A stretch of DNA of 64,000 nucleotides from an uncultured Methanosarcinales archaeon (GCA_964556185.1 CAZKVI010000003.1:2089-66088); one strand, 5' to 3'; counted from the first letter of the stretch, positions 9,340 to 19,775 are shown. Notes: generated by a model from the letters alone, not told the origin. Translations and numbers: made by a program.

Positions 9340-10713
9340 GTGGTTTTATGGGTGCAAAAATTGAGTTTAATAATAGATCCAAACGCAGCAGAAGAATTTG
9401 ATTATCAATTAGATAGATCTCTAAGAGTTGATATTACTTATGATCTTGATCTTGGTCTTTCAGAAAATTTAGAAAGAAAAATAGCAGCAGTCGCTAGTTC
9501 AAGAGAAAGACCAGATATTATTTGTGGGCAAAGATCTTCTTTAATACAATTACCTGAACCTTCTACTATTTTCAAAGGCTTTGATTTACAAGCCATACAA
9601 GTAAAAGGACATTTCTTTAGACCAACAGAAGAAAGCCGTGTTATTCATAATCCACAAATGACTATTTACACAGGAAGAGGTCATCCTGAAGTAATTTGGC
9701 ATTTCGATGATAAAGGAACACTAATTCTTATTCCAAATCCTGATATTCCTTGTGGTGCAATGCTCTTAGAAAATGCAAAACTTGAATTTAGAGCAGCAAA
9801 AGAAATGATGGAAGTAGGTTTACCTGTTGTTTGTCCAATGGGTTATGGAAATTTTCCTGATTTAGGATTTAATGTATATGATTCTATAATGGCTGCAACT
9901 CCAGGCACACTAAGTGGGTTTGCTATACAAGCTGGAGCATATGGTGATTTGGCAGCTATTAATAGAAGACAAGAAGTTGGATTTATGGTTTATGGAATTT
10001 ACACACCTGATAATTGTCGTTGTTTTGAAAGTGTTCTCAATGTAACTTCTGAATTAGATAAATCAAATAAAAGATTATTTTTAGCTGATTTCTTTAGAGC
10101 TTATGGAGCAGCACTAAGACAATTTCATGATAAAGGTTATATTCATGGGTCTCCTAATTTAGATAATCTTTCTCTTGTACCAGTTAGTGAAGCTAGACGA
10201 GGAATGAAATTACCAAATAAATTACAAACATTTTCTGTGTATGAAATTGTTTTCCATGATCTAACAGGAGACCTTGGAACTATTACGAGAAGAAAAGATG
10301 TTTCAAAAGAAAAATGGTTAAGTCATGTTATTTGGGATTTATCAGTTACAACAGGATTGTTATCTAATTTTTATTTTACACCAGAACGATGGGATATGGT
10401 TTATGGACATGATGGAGAAGCCCGTAGAAATATAATTAGAAGAAACCAAAGAATTGCTGAATTAACACAAGAAGTAGGTTATAATCCTGGTCCTGCTTTT
10501 TTTAAAGGATATTTAGGTGAAGATTTTCATAAACTTCCATCAGATTATTTTGAACATGATGGCAGTATGCTTATGCCATGCGATATAAGAACAAGAATAA
10601 CAATACCTTTACAATTAGCCATGAACAGAGGAGAAAAACCACAAGTAAACATCCCAGAATTCTGCAAAACAGAACCTTTAATGAATGTTGTTAGAAATGT
10701 TTATATGCAGTAA
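9340..10713 (+). CDS. hypothetical protein with kinase-like motif (possible pseudokinase); GTG start, true start uncertain
   Basis: GYIHGSPNLDNLSL resembles the HGDLHPGN catalytic loop with Asp replaced by Ser. Lys-poor composition. Confidence 0.35.
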   Translation: MVLWVQKLSLIIDPNAAEEFDYQLDRSLRVDITYDLDLGLSENLERKIAAVASSRERPDIICGQRSSLIQLPEPSTIFKGFDLQAIQVKGHFFRPTEESRVIHNPQMTIYTGRGHPEVIWHFDDKGTLILIPNPDIPCGAMLLENAKLEFRAAKEMMEVGLPVVCPMGYGNFPDLGFNVYDSIMAATPGTLSGFAIQAGAYGDLAAINRRQEVGFMVYGIYTPDNCRCFESVLNVTSELDKSNKRLFLADFFRAYGAALRQFHDKGYIHGSPNLDNLSLVPVSEARRGMKLPNKLQTFSVYEIVFHDLTGDLGTITRRKDVSKEKWLSHVIWDLSVTTGLLSNFYFTPERWDMVYGHDGEARRNIIRRNQRIAELTQEVGYNPGPAFFKGYLGEDFHKLPSDYFEHDGSMLMPCDIRTRITIPLQLAMNRGEKPQVNIPEFCKTEPLMNVVRNVYMQ

Positions 10714-10757
10714 ATATTATAAATACTACTTCATTTCTCTCTTTTTGGGGTTAGTTA

Positions 10758-11843
10758 ATGGGTGTTGAAGAACTTAGAGCAGCAGTAATTGGAGCAAATA
10801 AAACTAATTCAGGCTTAGGTCTATATATTGTTCAGAAATTCCATAAATTAAGTAGAGTAGATTTAGTTGCATTCTCGTGTAGAACAGAAGAATCTGCTAG
10901 ATATGCAAATACTGCTTTTAGAGAACACGGAATTGATGCAACACCTTATTATACTCATAATGGTTCTCCAGAAGATTCAATAGATGCAATGTTAACAGAA
11001 AAAAGACCAGATATTGTTGCAATATGTACACCTAATAGAACACATTTAGATTATCTTGAACTTGTTCTTGATCATAATGATACTTCTGATCGTAAAACCC
11101 ATGTTCTTCTTGAAAAACCTTTAGCAGAAAGTTCTCCAGAGCATATAGAAAGAGATCTTGACAGAGCAATTGAACTTGTAGAAAGAGCTGAAAAACAAGA
11201 CATAGTTCTTACATACAATGCTTCACTTGCTGCATTAGTTGACCCATATAAAGGAAAAGTTGGAGATTTAGATGATAATCAATTTACTGTAGCAATGCAT
11301 ATGAAACATAAAGGAGGGGAATTACCTTCTCCAAGAACACTCCAATACTCAATCTTATCCCATACAATAGGAATACTTCAAGCATATTTTGGTCCAAACA
11401 TGGGTATTGAAAATCTTGAAAGAAAAACTACTGAGCCAACAGGTGATGATAATGCAGTTGGTGCTTATCACAAATTTACATTAACATATGGTGGATGGAA
11501 AAGTGTTCCTTGCATTATTGATCTTTCTAAATCACCAGAACTTGCGAAGCATGAAAGATATTTTGGAGTTAAAGACAATTATGCTCACATTGAAAAGAAA
11601 GATGGTTTCTGGCATCTTGTTTTCAAAGATGAAGAACGAAAAGTTGAAGACTTCCAAGACACAGTTATTGCAAACATGGTAGATGTAGTCAGAACAGAAC
11701 CAAATCGTCGAGGTGTACTTGATCACCCAAAACCAATCCTCGACGGTAGAGCAATGATAATGAACCAAGTCATATTGCACACATTAATGGGAGATCTAAC
11801 ACCAGAAAAAGCTGAACAATATCAGAGAAAGTTGTATAATTAG
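10758..11843 (+). CDS. Gfo/Idh/MocA-family NAD(P)-dependent oxidoreductase
   Basis: N-terminal Rossmann fold; PDIVAICTPNRTHLDY...HVLLEKPLA (the family's EKP motif). Confidence 0.55.
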   Translation: MGVEELRAAVIGANKTNSGLGLYIVQKFHKLSRVDLVAFSCRTEESARYANTAFREHGIDATPYYTHNGSPEDSIDAMLTEKRPDIVAICTPNRTHLDYLELVLDHNDTSDRKTHVLLEKPLAESSPEHIERDLDRAIELVERAEKQDIVLTYNASLAALVDPYKGKVGDLDDNQFTVAMHMKHKGGELPSPRTLQYSILSHTIGILQAYFGPNMGIENLERKTTEPTGDDNAVGAYHKFTLTYGGWKSVPCIIDLSKSPELAKHERYFGVKDNYAHIEKKDGFWHLVFKDEERKVEDFQDTVIANMVDVVRTEPNRRGVLDHPKPILDGRAMIMNQVILHTLMGDLTPEKAEQYQRKLYN

Positions 11844-11937
11844 ATCTTATTCTACCGTAACCTTTATAAACCACCTCTCAATTCATCAGTCTATTCCCGT
11901 ACAACTATTACCAGAACGGCAATAGGAGGGCCTAAAC

Positions 11938-12585
11938 ATGAAAACAGAAGATATTCAAAAAGCATTAGAAACAATAAGAAAGGACTCTAAAAAGCGTAAT
12001 TTCCCACAAACTGTGGAATTAATTCTAGGATTACAAAACTTAGATTTGAAAAAACCTGATCATCAAGTAGAGTTCTTTACAACATTAGCAAAATCACCTA
12101 AAAAACGAAGAATTTGTGCTTTCGTAGGTCCAGAATTAAAAGATGAAGCAGAGAAAGTATGTGATTTAATAATCTCAGCAGATGACTTTAATAAATATAC
12201 AGACAAGAAAAAAGCTAAAGCATTAGCAGTAGGTTACGACTTCTTCATAGCCCAGGCAAACATCATGGCAAAAGTAGCAACTGCATTTGGTAGAACATTA
12301 GGTCCAAGAGGAAAGATGCCAAATCCAAAAGCAGGTTGTGTAGTTCCACCTAAAGCAAACTTACAACCATTATACGATAAATTACAAAGAACAATAAAAG
12401 TAAGTGCAAAAACTCAATTACAATTACAACTTTCAATTGCAAATGAAGACATGGAAGATAAAGATATTATTGAAAACATATCACATGTTTACAAACAATT
12501 AGTACATCACTTACCAACACATGAAAATAATATAAAAACTACTTATATTAAATTTACAATGTCAAAACCAGTTAGGGTGTTATAA
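11938..12585 (+). CDS. rpl1: 50S ribosomal protein L1 (uL1)
   Basis: L1 fold motifs; GGAGG ribosome-binding site; sits upstream of P0 and P1. Confidence 0.9.
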   Translation: MKTEDIQKALETIRKDSKKRNFPQTVELILGLQNLDLKKPDHQVEFFTTLAKSPKKRRICAFVGPELKDEAEKVCDLIISADDFNKYTDKKKAKALAVGYDFFIAQANIMAKVATAFGRTLGPRGKMPNPKAGCVVPPKANLQPLYDKLQRTIKVSAKTQLQLQLSIANEDMEDKDIIENISHVYKQLVHHLPTHENNIKTTYIKFTMSKPVRVL

Positions 12586-12587
12586 AG

Positions 12588-13892
12588 ATGGTAAAAAGAG
12601 CTGGAATGAAACAAAAGTTAGGAGTAATTAAGGAATTTGAAGACTTAATAGTTGAATATCCTATTATTGGTTCTGTTAATATGACTTCTTTACCAACTAA
12701 AACAGTTCAGCAAATGAGAGCTCAATTAAGAAAAAAAGGCGTTGTCCTTAAAATGAGCAAAAGAAGATTAATTAATATTGCAATAAATAATTGTAAAGAG
12801 AAAAAGAAAGGTATTGAAAATCTTCTACCTGAACTTAAAGGTATGCCAGCATTAATATTCACAAAAGAAAATCCTTTTGCATTATACAAGTTTTTATCTA
12901 AGAATAAATCATCTGCTCCTGCAAAAGCAGGCCAAATAGCTCCAAATGAAATTGTAGTTAAAGCAGGTCCAACAGGTTTTTCACCAGGACCAATTATTGG
13001 AGAACTAGGTGCTGTAGGAATTAAAGCAGGTGTTGATGGTGGAAAGATTGCAATCAAAGCAGATAGTGTTGTAGCTAAAGAAGGAGATGAAATTACAGAA
13101 CAATTAGCAGCAATATTAACAAGACTTGGTATTGAACCAATGGAAATTGGTTTAAACATGGTTGCAGTATTTGAAGAAGGTAATGTTTATGATAGTAAAA
13201 TCTTAGCAATTGATGAAGATGAATACATGAATAACATAACAACAGCAGCAACTTGGGCTTTCAACTTAGCAGTTGAAGCAGCAATACCAACACCAGATAC
13301 AACAGAATTACTATTACAAAAATGTTTCAAAGATTCCAAAGCAGTTGCAATGGAAGGAAATATTATGGCAGATGCTGTTGCAGAAGAATTACTTGCAAAA
13401 GCTGAAAGAGAAATGTTAGCTCTAAAAGCAGAAGCAAATATTAGTGATGCACCAGTAGTTGACAAAGTCAACGAAGAAGCGCAAGCTTCTGTAAAAGAAG
13501 AAGTTAAAGAAGAACCAAAAGCTGAAGAAAAACCAGCTGAAGAAGCAAAAGAAACAGAAACAAAAGAAGTTTCCGAACTTTCCGAGGGAAAGCAAGAAGC
13601 TGATAAAGCTTCTGTGGGAAACGAAGAAGTCGCAGAGACTTCTGAAGAAAAACCAGCAGAAACTACAGAAACTAAAGAAGGACCTGAAGCAGAAGGAGCT
13701 GATGAGGCACCTAAAGCAGAAGAAAAACCAGCTGAACCTGCACCAGCAGAGGAAGCAAAAGCTGAAGAGAAAGCTGATGAGGCTAAACCTGAAGCTAAAG
13801 AAGAAGCTGCACCAGAAGAACCAGCTAAAGAAGAACCTAAAGCTGAAGAAGCTCCTGCAAAAGCAGAAGATAAACCAGCTGATGAATCATAA
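12588..13892 (+). CDS. rplP0: ribosomal stalk protein P0 (uL10) with roughly 130-aa EKPA-rich C-terminal extension
   Basis: uL10 core domain, then [17 protein letters not shown] repeats. Ends ...KPADES without the conserved stalk peptide (GxGALF-type) seen in P1. Confidence 0.85.
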   Translation: MVKRAGMKQKLGVIKEFEDLIVEYPIIGSVNMTSLPTKTVQQMRAQLRKKGVVLKMSKRRLINIAINNCKEKKKGIENLLPELKGMPALIFTKENPFALYKFLSKNKSSAPAKAGQIAPNEIVVKAGPTGFSPGPIIGELGAVGIKAGVDGGKIAIKADSVVAKEGDEITEQLAAILTRLGIEPMEIGLNMVAVFEEGNVYDSKILAIDEDEYMNNITTAATWAFNLAVEAAIPTPDTTELLLQKCFKDSKAVAMEGNIMADAVAEELLAKAEREMLALKAEANISDAPVVDKVNEEAQASVKEEVKEEPKAEEKPAEEAKETETKEVSELSEGKQEADKASVGNEEVAETSEEKPAETTETKEGPEAEGADEAPKAEEKPAEPAPAEEAKAEEKADEAKPEAKEEAAPEEPAKEEPKAEEAPAKAEDKPADES

Positions 13893-13933
13893 TCAAGAGG
13901 TTGATTAATTATTATAACAAGGAGGAATTAAAA

Positions 13934-14245
13934 ATGGAATACGTTTATGCCGCAATGTTAATCCACAAAGCAGGTGGAAAAGTTGATGAAGCTAATGTTA
14001 AAAAAGTTTTAGAAGCAGCCGGAGTTAAAGCTGATGATGCAAGAATCAAAGCTTTAGTCGCAGCTCTCGATGGTGTCAATATTGACGAAGCAGTCGAGAA
14101 AGCAGCAGCAGCTCCTGTCGCAGCCGCACCAGCAGCTGCTCCAGCAGAAGGAGACGCAGCACCAGCTGAAGCTAAAAAAGACGAAGCTAAAGAAGAAGAG
14201 AAAAAAGAGGAAGCAGCAGCTGGCCTTGGAGCTCTTTTCGGATAA
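13934..14245 (+). CDS. rpl12: ribosomal stalk protein P1 (aL12)
   Basis: [17 protein letters not shown]...[17 protein letters not shown] ribosome-binding site at 13921. Confidence 0.9.
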   Translation: MEYVYAAMLIHKAGGKVDEANVKKVLEAAGVKADDARIKALVAALDGVNIDEAVEKAAAAPVAAAPAAAPAEGDAAPAEAKKDEAKEEEKKEEAAAGLGALFG

Positions 14246-14275
14246 AGGCTTTTTAGCCTTTTTTTATTTTATTTT
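14245..14275 (+). terminator. hairpin AAGGCT-TTTT-AGCCTT followed by a T-run after the P1 gene
   Basis: Perfect 6-bp stem plus oligo-T, read directly from the sequence. Confidence 0.55.
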
Positions 14276-14307
14276 TAATAGAAGTTGACAACGCCAAGTG
14301 AGATCTA

Positions 14308-15198
14308 ATGGATAAAAAAGAAAAAGATAATTTATTGAAAGACATTTCTGATAAAAAGAAGGATGTTTCTGGGTTAAAACAACAACTCAATGACATTAAT
14401 TTAGAAAAGGAAAAATTCTATCAAGAAAAAGAAACTCATTCTAAGAAGATAAAAGAATTATTATCTAATCTAAAGTCTCTAAAAAAAGAAAGAGATAAGT
14501 TTACTAGAGCTGTAAGAGAACATAAAGGTAAAAGAGAAGTTATCAATAAACAAATTCAAAAGAAAATTAAAGTAGTAAGAGAATTTACTAAAGAAAAAGA
14601 CCAAGTAACTAAAAAACTCCAGATTAAAGACGATCCTGTAAAATTAAAGAAAACTATTGACCATTTAGAGCTTTCAATTGAAATAGAAGCAATGTCTTTT
14701 AAAAAAGAACAAGGAGTTATGAAAAAAATCAAGGAATTAAAGAAGAAATACGAAGATCTTTCTGAAATTACAGTTGTTCATAAAAAAATTAAAGAATTTT
14801 CAAAAGAAATAAAGAAATTAAAAAAAGAAGCAGACCAAATTCATAGAAGTGTTCAAGAGAATGCTAAAAACTCTCAAGAAAGACATGAAAAACTATTAGG
14901 ATTTTCTAAAGAAATTGACGAATTAAAAGAAAAAGAAAAAACAGCTTATGAAAAATTCTTAGAACAAAAGAAAGCTTTTACTAAAATAAATAATAAACTA
15001 AAAGAAATCTTGCCTGATATGAATAAATTACATGGAAAACTAAGTGACGAAAAGAAAAAACAAAGAAAAAAACACGAAGAAAAACAACAAAAAACTCTTC
15101 AAGAAAAAAAGAAACAAGTAAACGAGAAACTCAAAAAAGGCAAAGGCGTTACATTAACAATGGAAGATCTTCTAGCATTTCAATCTGGTAAAGAATAA
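14308..15198 (+). CDS. Lys/Glu-rich coiled-coil protein
   Basis: 296 aa of heptad-like K/E-rich sequence. Confidence 0.4.
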   Translation: MDKKEKDNLLKDISDKKKDVSGLKQQLNDINLEKEKFYQEKETHSKKIKELLSNLKSLKKERDKFTRAVREHKGKREVINKQIQKKIKVVREFTKEKDQVTKKLQIKDDPVKLKKTIDHLELSIEIEAMSFKKEQGVMKKIKELKKKYEDLSEITVVHKKIKEFSKEIKKLKKEADQIHRSVQENAKNSQERHEKLLGFSKEIDELKEKEKTAYEKFLEQKKAFTKINNKLKEILPDMNKLHGKLSDEKKKQRKKHEEKQQKTLQEKKKQVNEKLKKGKGVTLTMEDLLAFQSGKE

Positions 15199-15262
15199 TT
15201 CCGAGTAAATATCTAACTTTTCTACAGAAAGTAAAGAATAAGTATAAATAAAAAAAATAATT

Positions 15263-15439
15263 TTACAATTTCTCCATATAATGGCATTTACCGCAAGTCA
15301 TTCTGTTTTTGTGTTGTGCCATGAATACACCTTTACCACACTTTGGACAGAATTTATTTTTAGATTTGCCATTCTCATAGGATTTGTATAATTGTGATGG
15401 TTTTCTTTTAGTATCTTTTTTTCCTTTGTCTGCTGCCAT
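15263..15439 (-). CDS. rps27ae: 30S ribosomal protein S27ae (eS31)
   Basis: Manual translation [58 protein letters not shown] (C4 zinc ribbon). Not in the supplied ORF track. Abuts S24e. Confidence 0.8.
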   Translation of the reverse strand: MAADKGKKDTKRKPSQLYKSYENGKSKNKFCPKCGKGVFMAQHKNRMTCGKCHYMEKL

Positions 15440-15441
15440 TT

Positions 15442-15873
15442 TTATTCACTCTTTTCTGCAGGTGCTTCTGCTTTCTCTTCACCAGCGTCTTCTTTCTTTT
15501 CTTCGGCTGGAGCTTCTTTTTTATCATCAGCACTTTCTTCCTTCTTTTCTGGTGCTGGAGCTTCTTGTTCTTCCTTCTTCTCAATCACTTTCTTAAAATG
15601 CTTTGCAATTAAACCTTCGCTCTCTAATTTCTCAAGCAAGTCTTTTTTATCATAGACATGAGCAATTAATTTAGCTCTTCTTGCTCCAAATCTTTGATAA
15701 ATGTGTTTAATTATAACTAAATCAGGATTAACTTTTAATTGAGTACCTAATGCAAACTTTAATTCTAGTCTTGAAGGTGTTGTAGCTGCAAAATTAACAA
15801 ATGCAGTTACTCTTTTCCTTGATAATAAAGGTGCGTCATTTTGTTTTGTTACTTCGATTTCCATCATCTTCAC
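15442..15873 (-). CDS. rps24e: 30S ribosomal protein S24e with acidic EKAP-rich tail
   Basis: [36 protein letters not shown]...IKHIYQRFG, then [13 protein letters not shown]... tail. Confidence 0.85.
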   Translation of the reverse strand: MKMMEIEVTKQNDAPLLSRKRVTAFVNFAATTPSRLELKFALGTQLKVNPDLVIIKHIYQRFGARRAKLIAHVYDKKDLLEKLESEGLIAKHFKKVIEKKEEQEAPAPEKKEESADDKKEAPAEEKKEDAGEEKAEAPAEKSE

Positions 15874-16058
15874 CTACACTTAATTGCATATTCGCCATCT
15901 TTTTCTATGCCAATCTTCTTTGCAATCTCAGATTTTTTAACATCAGTTATTGTGATTTTCCCTTGCCAGTTATTTGTAAAAGAACTTGCCTTACAAAGTG
16001 GACATTTAGCTCCTTCAACAAAACTTTTGCATAATTTACAAACTTTTTTCTTTGCCAT
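15870..16058 (-). CDS. spt4: transcription elongation factor Spt4 (RNA polymerase subunit E'')
   Basis: CKLCKSF...CPLCKAS...NWQGKITITDVKKSEIAKKIGIEKDGEYAIKC. Confidence 0.8.
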   Translation of the reverse strand: MAKKKVCKLCKSFVEGAKCPLCKASSFTNNWQGKITITDVKKSEIAKKIGIEKDGEYAIKCR

Positions 16059-16059
16059 T

Positions 16060-16638
16060 TTACTTACCTGCTTTTGAGACTTTCTTTACTTTGCCTTCTC
16101 TTTTAGCTTTGTCCTCGTCAAACCATTCAGGCTTACCCAAACCTGATTGTCTCATTGTAAGTCCTAATTTTGGATTTGTTGGATCTTTGTAACTTACTGC
16201 AATAACCCTTGCTTTACAATCGTCACCAACTTTTAAACTTCTTTTACTTTCTTTTCCAAGTAAAACCTTATCCTTAGAAAAACTCACAAAATCATCCATT
16301 GTTTGTGATACATGAACCATTCCTTCTGTTGGTCCAATACTTAAGAAACCTCCAAAGTCTGCAATATCTTTCATTTTTCCTAAGAGAACTTCTTGCAACT
16401 CTGGTTTAAATGTGAATAAGTCAAAAACACATTCATAATAAGGGCTTCCATCGCCCGGAATTATAATTCCATCTTTTATCTCTTCAATACCACCTACATC
16501 AATAACGATTCCTAGGTCTTTTGAGATAAAACCCTCAAACTTAGCTTTGATTTGTTTAACAACTGCACTCTTTAATTCTAAATCGAATAATTCAGGAGTG
16601 ACTCTTATATGATCCCTAACTTTTGTTTTATAAAACAT
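16060..16638 (-). CDS. rpoE: DNA-directed RNA polymerase subunit E' (Rpo7) with S1 domain
   Basis: N-terminal Rpo7 fold plus S1-like domain. Conserved Spt4/S24e/S27ae neighbourhood. Confidence 0.85.
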   Translation of the reverse strand: MFYKTKVRDHIRVTPELFDLELKSAVVKQIKAKFEGFISKDLGIVIDVGGIEEIKDGIIIPGDGSPYYECVFDLFTFKPELQEVLLGKMKDIADFGGFLSIGPTEGMVHVSQTMDDFVSFSKDKVLLGKESKRSLKVGDDCKARVIAVSYKDPTNPKLGLTMRQSGLGKPEWFDEDKAKREGKVKKVSKAGK

Positions 16639-16640
16639 TT

Positions 16641-17021
16641 TTATTCAAACACCAAATATTTTTTTTGTCTTAGGAAGACTTTCCTTCCTGTCAATCTTTT
16701 TTTCAACTCTGTATCTTGCGTTGCAATAATGTAATCATCATTTAACCTTACTAATACATCATCAACATAGTCATCAGAGTCTTCTATTAACACATTGATT
16801 TTCTTTGCGTCAATTAAACTCAAAGCAAGCTTAGCTTCCCTCGAATCCTTGCCACGGCCCCTTTCCTGGATTCTCTCCAGTTCTTGCTTGGACTTTTCCA
16901 AGACAAAAAGCTCATAGGGGAAATCACACATTTCCTCAAACTTCTCAAAGATATCTACACCAAGACTGGCTGGTATCATCAAAAAGTTTGTATCAAGTAT
17001 GATTTTCTTTGCCACAGGCAT
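16641..17021 (-). CDS. PIN-domain protein (conserved partner of the rpoE' operon)
   Basis: ILDTNFLMIP... PIN signature with acidic residues; position in the operon. Confidence 0.7.
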   Translation of the reverse strand: MPVAKKIILDTNFLMIPASLGVDIFEKFEEMCDFPYELFVLEKSKQELERIQERGRGKDSREAKLALSLIDAKKINVLIEDSDDYVDDVLVRLNDDYIIATQDTELKKRLTGRKVFLRQKKYLVFE

Positions 17022-17113
17022 TTATAGAGAAGATTTGAAGGGGATTTATAAATGTTTAGGTCCTTACTACTATTTTCCATTACATACAGAAGCTAACGCT
17101 TCTTACTTTACTG

Positions 17114-17129
17114 CGTAAAGTTTATATAT
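17114..17129 (+). promoter_or_regulatory. BRE/TATA box (gcgtaaagTTTATATA)
   Basis: Matches the recurring promoter consensus, about 35 bp upstream of the ATG at 17165. Confidence 0.5.
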
Positions 17130-17164
17130 GAACTAATCCCTAAAATACTAAAAGAGGGGACAAT

Positions 17165-19261
17165 ATGGCATTCTTTGGATCAGGATATAAAGGAGAAATG
17201 AAAGAGTACTTCTCAAGTCCAGCAGGTTATTTAGGTAGTTTTGGTGATAATCCTAGAGCTCCAAACATAGAAGCACCAATTATAGGTGTGAAAGATCTTG
17301 GCCAGAGCGTTACAGAAGGTCAAAGATTTGGTAGCTTATTACAAACTTCTACAGAAGCAATAAGAAGAGGAGCAGGTAATATGGAACTTGCAACTATTGC
17401 AGGTGGTCAAGAACCAGGCGGTGCAGAATCTTATGGTGTAGAAGCTAGACAAGCACTAAGAGAATTAGCAAGAGCAAATAATATTTACTTTACTTCAGTC
17501 CATTCGCCTGTTCAAGTTGGAAATGTTTCTGGATTTAATCCTCAAGAAAGAGGTTTTAATGATGAATTTAGACATAGAAGTGTTGAAGAAGTTAAAAGAG
17601 CAATTGAATTTGCAGCAGATGTAGGCGCAGGCGCAGTTGTTGTACATACAGGAGAAGCACAAAGAGATATGTCTCAAGCTCCTTGGAATAGAGAAATTGC
17701 TCCAGGACTGATGGAAATGATGAGTTTTGAAGAAGAACCAGGCAGACAAGTTCTTTATATGGTAGACAGAAGAAATGGTAAATTAATTACAGAAGTTAGA
17801 AAATCTCAAATTGTTTTCGAACCAGAATATGAAAGAGTAGAAATAGCAAACGGTGATTGGAGATATGTATCTGCAGATGGAGATATATTAGATGAGAATA
17901 ATGTCGACCATCTACTACTGAGAGTACCAAAATGGGATAATGAAAGAGCTAAGTTTAAAACATTTAGAAGAGATTGGGATTGGTTTAAATATAAAGCAGA
18001 ACGTTGGGATAAACTTTATCCAAGACCAGATAAAAGAAACTGGACAGCAGAAGAAATGTTTTTTAGAACACAAATGGAAACCAGAATTTTACAATCAAGA
18101 GGTCATTCTTTATTCTATGCAGGTAGATATGAAAAACAAGTAAAACAAAGAGATAGATTATTGAAAGCATTGGAATATTATGGGGAACTTGAGAAAAATA
18201 TACCTGAAGAAGAACTTTGGAAAATTATGAGAGAAGATACTGTATTTTATGGTGCTGCAGGCCAGATTGTCCACGGTGAAAAGAAAAAACCATCTGAAAT
18301 ATTAAAAGATGAACTTAGAGAAACAAATTTAAGTCTAAGACAGATTCATGAAGCTTCTTCTGCAGCAGACGCGCAAGCGGACGAGTATGAAGAAACCCTA
18401 TTACATGTCATGCCAGTTGTTGATTATGCAAAAGATAAAACATCTAGAAGTTATGCAGAAGCAGGAATCTTAGCAATGGATGTAACCCAAAATAATAAAA
18501 ATGTTCAACAAGATGTTTTTGTTGCTCCAGAAAACCTTTGGCCAGAGATGGGTTATGGAACACACCCTCAAGAATTAATTGAATTAGTGTCTGGTGCAAG
18601 AGAACGAATGGTTCAAATGCTTACAGAACAAATGATACCTGATCCTCACGAGCGAAGAGATGAAAAAGGACACCTTCTTATGGTTCCAAATCCTAATTAT
18701 CAGAAAATGGAGAAAGGCAAAGCACAAGAATATGCAAAAAGACATATTAGAGCAACATTTGATACACAACATTTAGGTATGTGGTGGAAACATTTTCAAC
18801 CTTTACCAGGAGAAACAAGAGATAAAAGAAGAGGACGTTTTAAAAAATGGTTTAAGTCTCAAGTTAAAGATATGTTAAAAAAAGATATTCTTGGTCATGT
18901 GCATGCAGTCGATGCTCTTGGTGGTGGTCATCATCACTTACCAATTGGTCAAGGTGACTTACCAGTTAAATGGGCCTTAGAATATCTAAAAAAGAAAGGT
19001 TTCAAAGGAACAATGGTTTCAGAAGGTCATGAAGAAGAATCAAGATTTGGTGCAGGAAGACAATTAACAGCTTCTTGGAGACACTTAGGCACAAATATTA
19101 CTGGTTCTCATGCTGGTGCAGGTGGTGCTGTACCAGGTGGTGGAAATTGGAATGATATTCAATATTCTTATTTCAGAAATATGCAATCTCCTTATTTTAT
19201 TTTCGGAGCTTATTCACCAAGCAATGATTGGCAATTATGGTCACAAGTACCAATGGAATGA
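17165..19261 (+). CDS. large xylose-isomerase-like/AP-endonuclease-2-type TIM-barrel protein with roughly 400-aa insertion
   Basis: N-terminal part ELATIAGG...VHSP...DVGAGAVVVHTGE. C-terminal part HVHAVDALGGGHHHLPIGQGDLPVKWALEYLKKKGFKGTMVSEGHEEE (typical barrel end). Lys-poor. Confidence 0.45.
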   Translation: MAFFGSGYKGEMKEYFSSPAGYLGSFGDNPRAPNIEAPIIGVKDLGQSVTEGQRFGSLLQTSTEAIRRGAGNMELATIAGGQEPGGAESYGVEARQALRELARANNIYFTSVHSPVQVGNVSGFNPQERGFNDEFRHRSVEEVKRAIEFAADVGAGAVVVHTGEAQRDMSQAPWNREIAPGLMEMMSFEEEPGRQVLYMVDRRNGKLITEVRKSQIVFEPEYERVEIANGDWRYVSADGDILDENNVDHLLLRVPKWDNERAKFKTFRRDWDWFKYKAERWDKLYPRPDKRNWTAEEMFFRTQMETRILQSRGHSLFYAGRYEKQVKQRDRLLKALEYYGELEKNIPEEELWKIMREDTVFYGAAGQIVHGEKKKPSEILKDELRETNLSLRQIHEASSAADAQADEYEETLLHVMPVVDYAKDKTSRSYAEAGILAMDVTQNNKNVQQDVFVAPENLWPEMGYGTHPQELIELVSGARERMVQMLTEQMIPDPHERRDEKGHLLMVPNPNYQKMEKGKAQEYAKRHIRATFDTQHLGMWWKHFQPLPGETRDKRRGRFKKWFKSQVKDMLKKDILGHVHAVDALGGGHHHLPIGQGDLPVKWALEYLKKKGFKGTMVSEGHEEESRFGAGRQLTASWRHLGTNITGSHAGAGGAVPGGGNWNDIQYSYFRNMQSPYFIFGAYSPSNDWQLWSQVPME

Positions 19262-19498
19262 TTAAGGTAAGAAATCAAAGTCAGCTGGATGTCTATAAAT
19301 TTTAGGATTAACAGGTTTTTTGTTTTTCTTATAACAATCTTTACAAAAAAAGAATTTCTTATAAGTGTTAGGAATTTTTCTAGCATGCATATGTTCTTTA
19401 CAAATATACATACCACAATGATCACAGAACATATCTGTATGGGCTTTGCATTCTTTACACTTTCCGTCGACATGCATACGAATTCCCAATAAAATCAC
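19262..19498 (-). CDS. small Cys-rich zinc-finger protein
   Basis: Three CxxC pairs in 78 aa. Confidence 0.4.
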   Translation of the reverse strand: MILLGIRMHVDGKCKECKAHTDMFCDHCGMYICKEHMHARKIPNTYKKFFFCKDCYKKNKKPVNPKIYRHPADFDFLP

Positions 19499-19505
19499 CT
19501 ATTAA

Positions 19506-19775
19506 TTATTTAATTAGTTCATCTAATTTATCAGTTGCTTTTTCATCACCAGGTTGCTTTGCAGCCATTTCCTTAGCTTGTGCTTCTAAATCAACACCTA
19601 AATCCTTAAGTCCTTTAACATGCATTTGCATTAATTGCTCTACAATATTTAAGATCTTAATCATTTCTTCTCTTTCTTTTGCTAATGTAGCTAATGCTCC
19701 CTTGTGAAAACCTATTTGTTCTTCTTTACTTGCTGCAGGAACTTGAGCAGCAGGTTGTGGTTGTTCTTCAGCCAT
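19506..19775 (-). CDS. hypothetical small acidic protein
   Basis: ORF with internal Met start MAEEQPQ. Confidence 0.3.
   Translation of the reverse strand: MAEEQPQPAAQVPAASKEEQIGFHKGALATLAKEREEMIKILNIVEQLMQMHVKGLKDLGVDLEAQAKEMAAKQPGDEKATDKLDELIK

Noticed and set aside
13702-13908. K-rich ORFs in alternate frames of the P0 and P1 tails (also 14070..14288, 12722..13159, 13187..13471)
   Set aside because: Low-complexity repeat DNA is open in several frames. These are frame shadows of the rplP0 and rpl12 genes.
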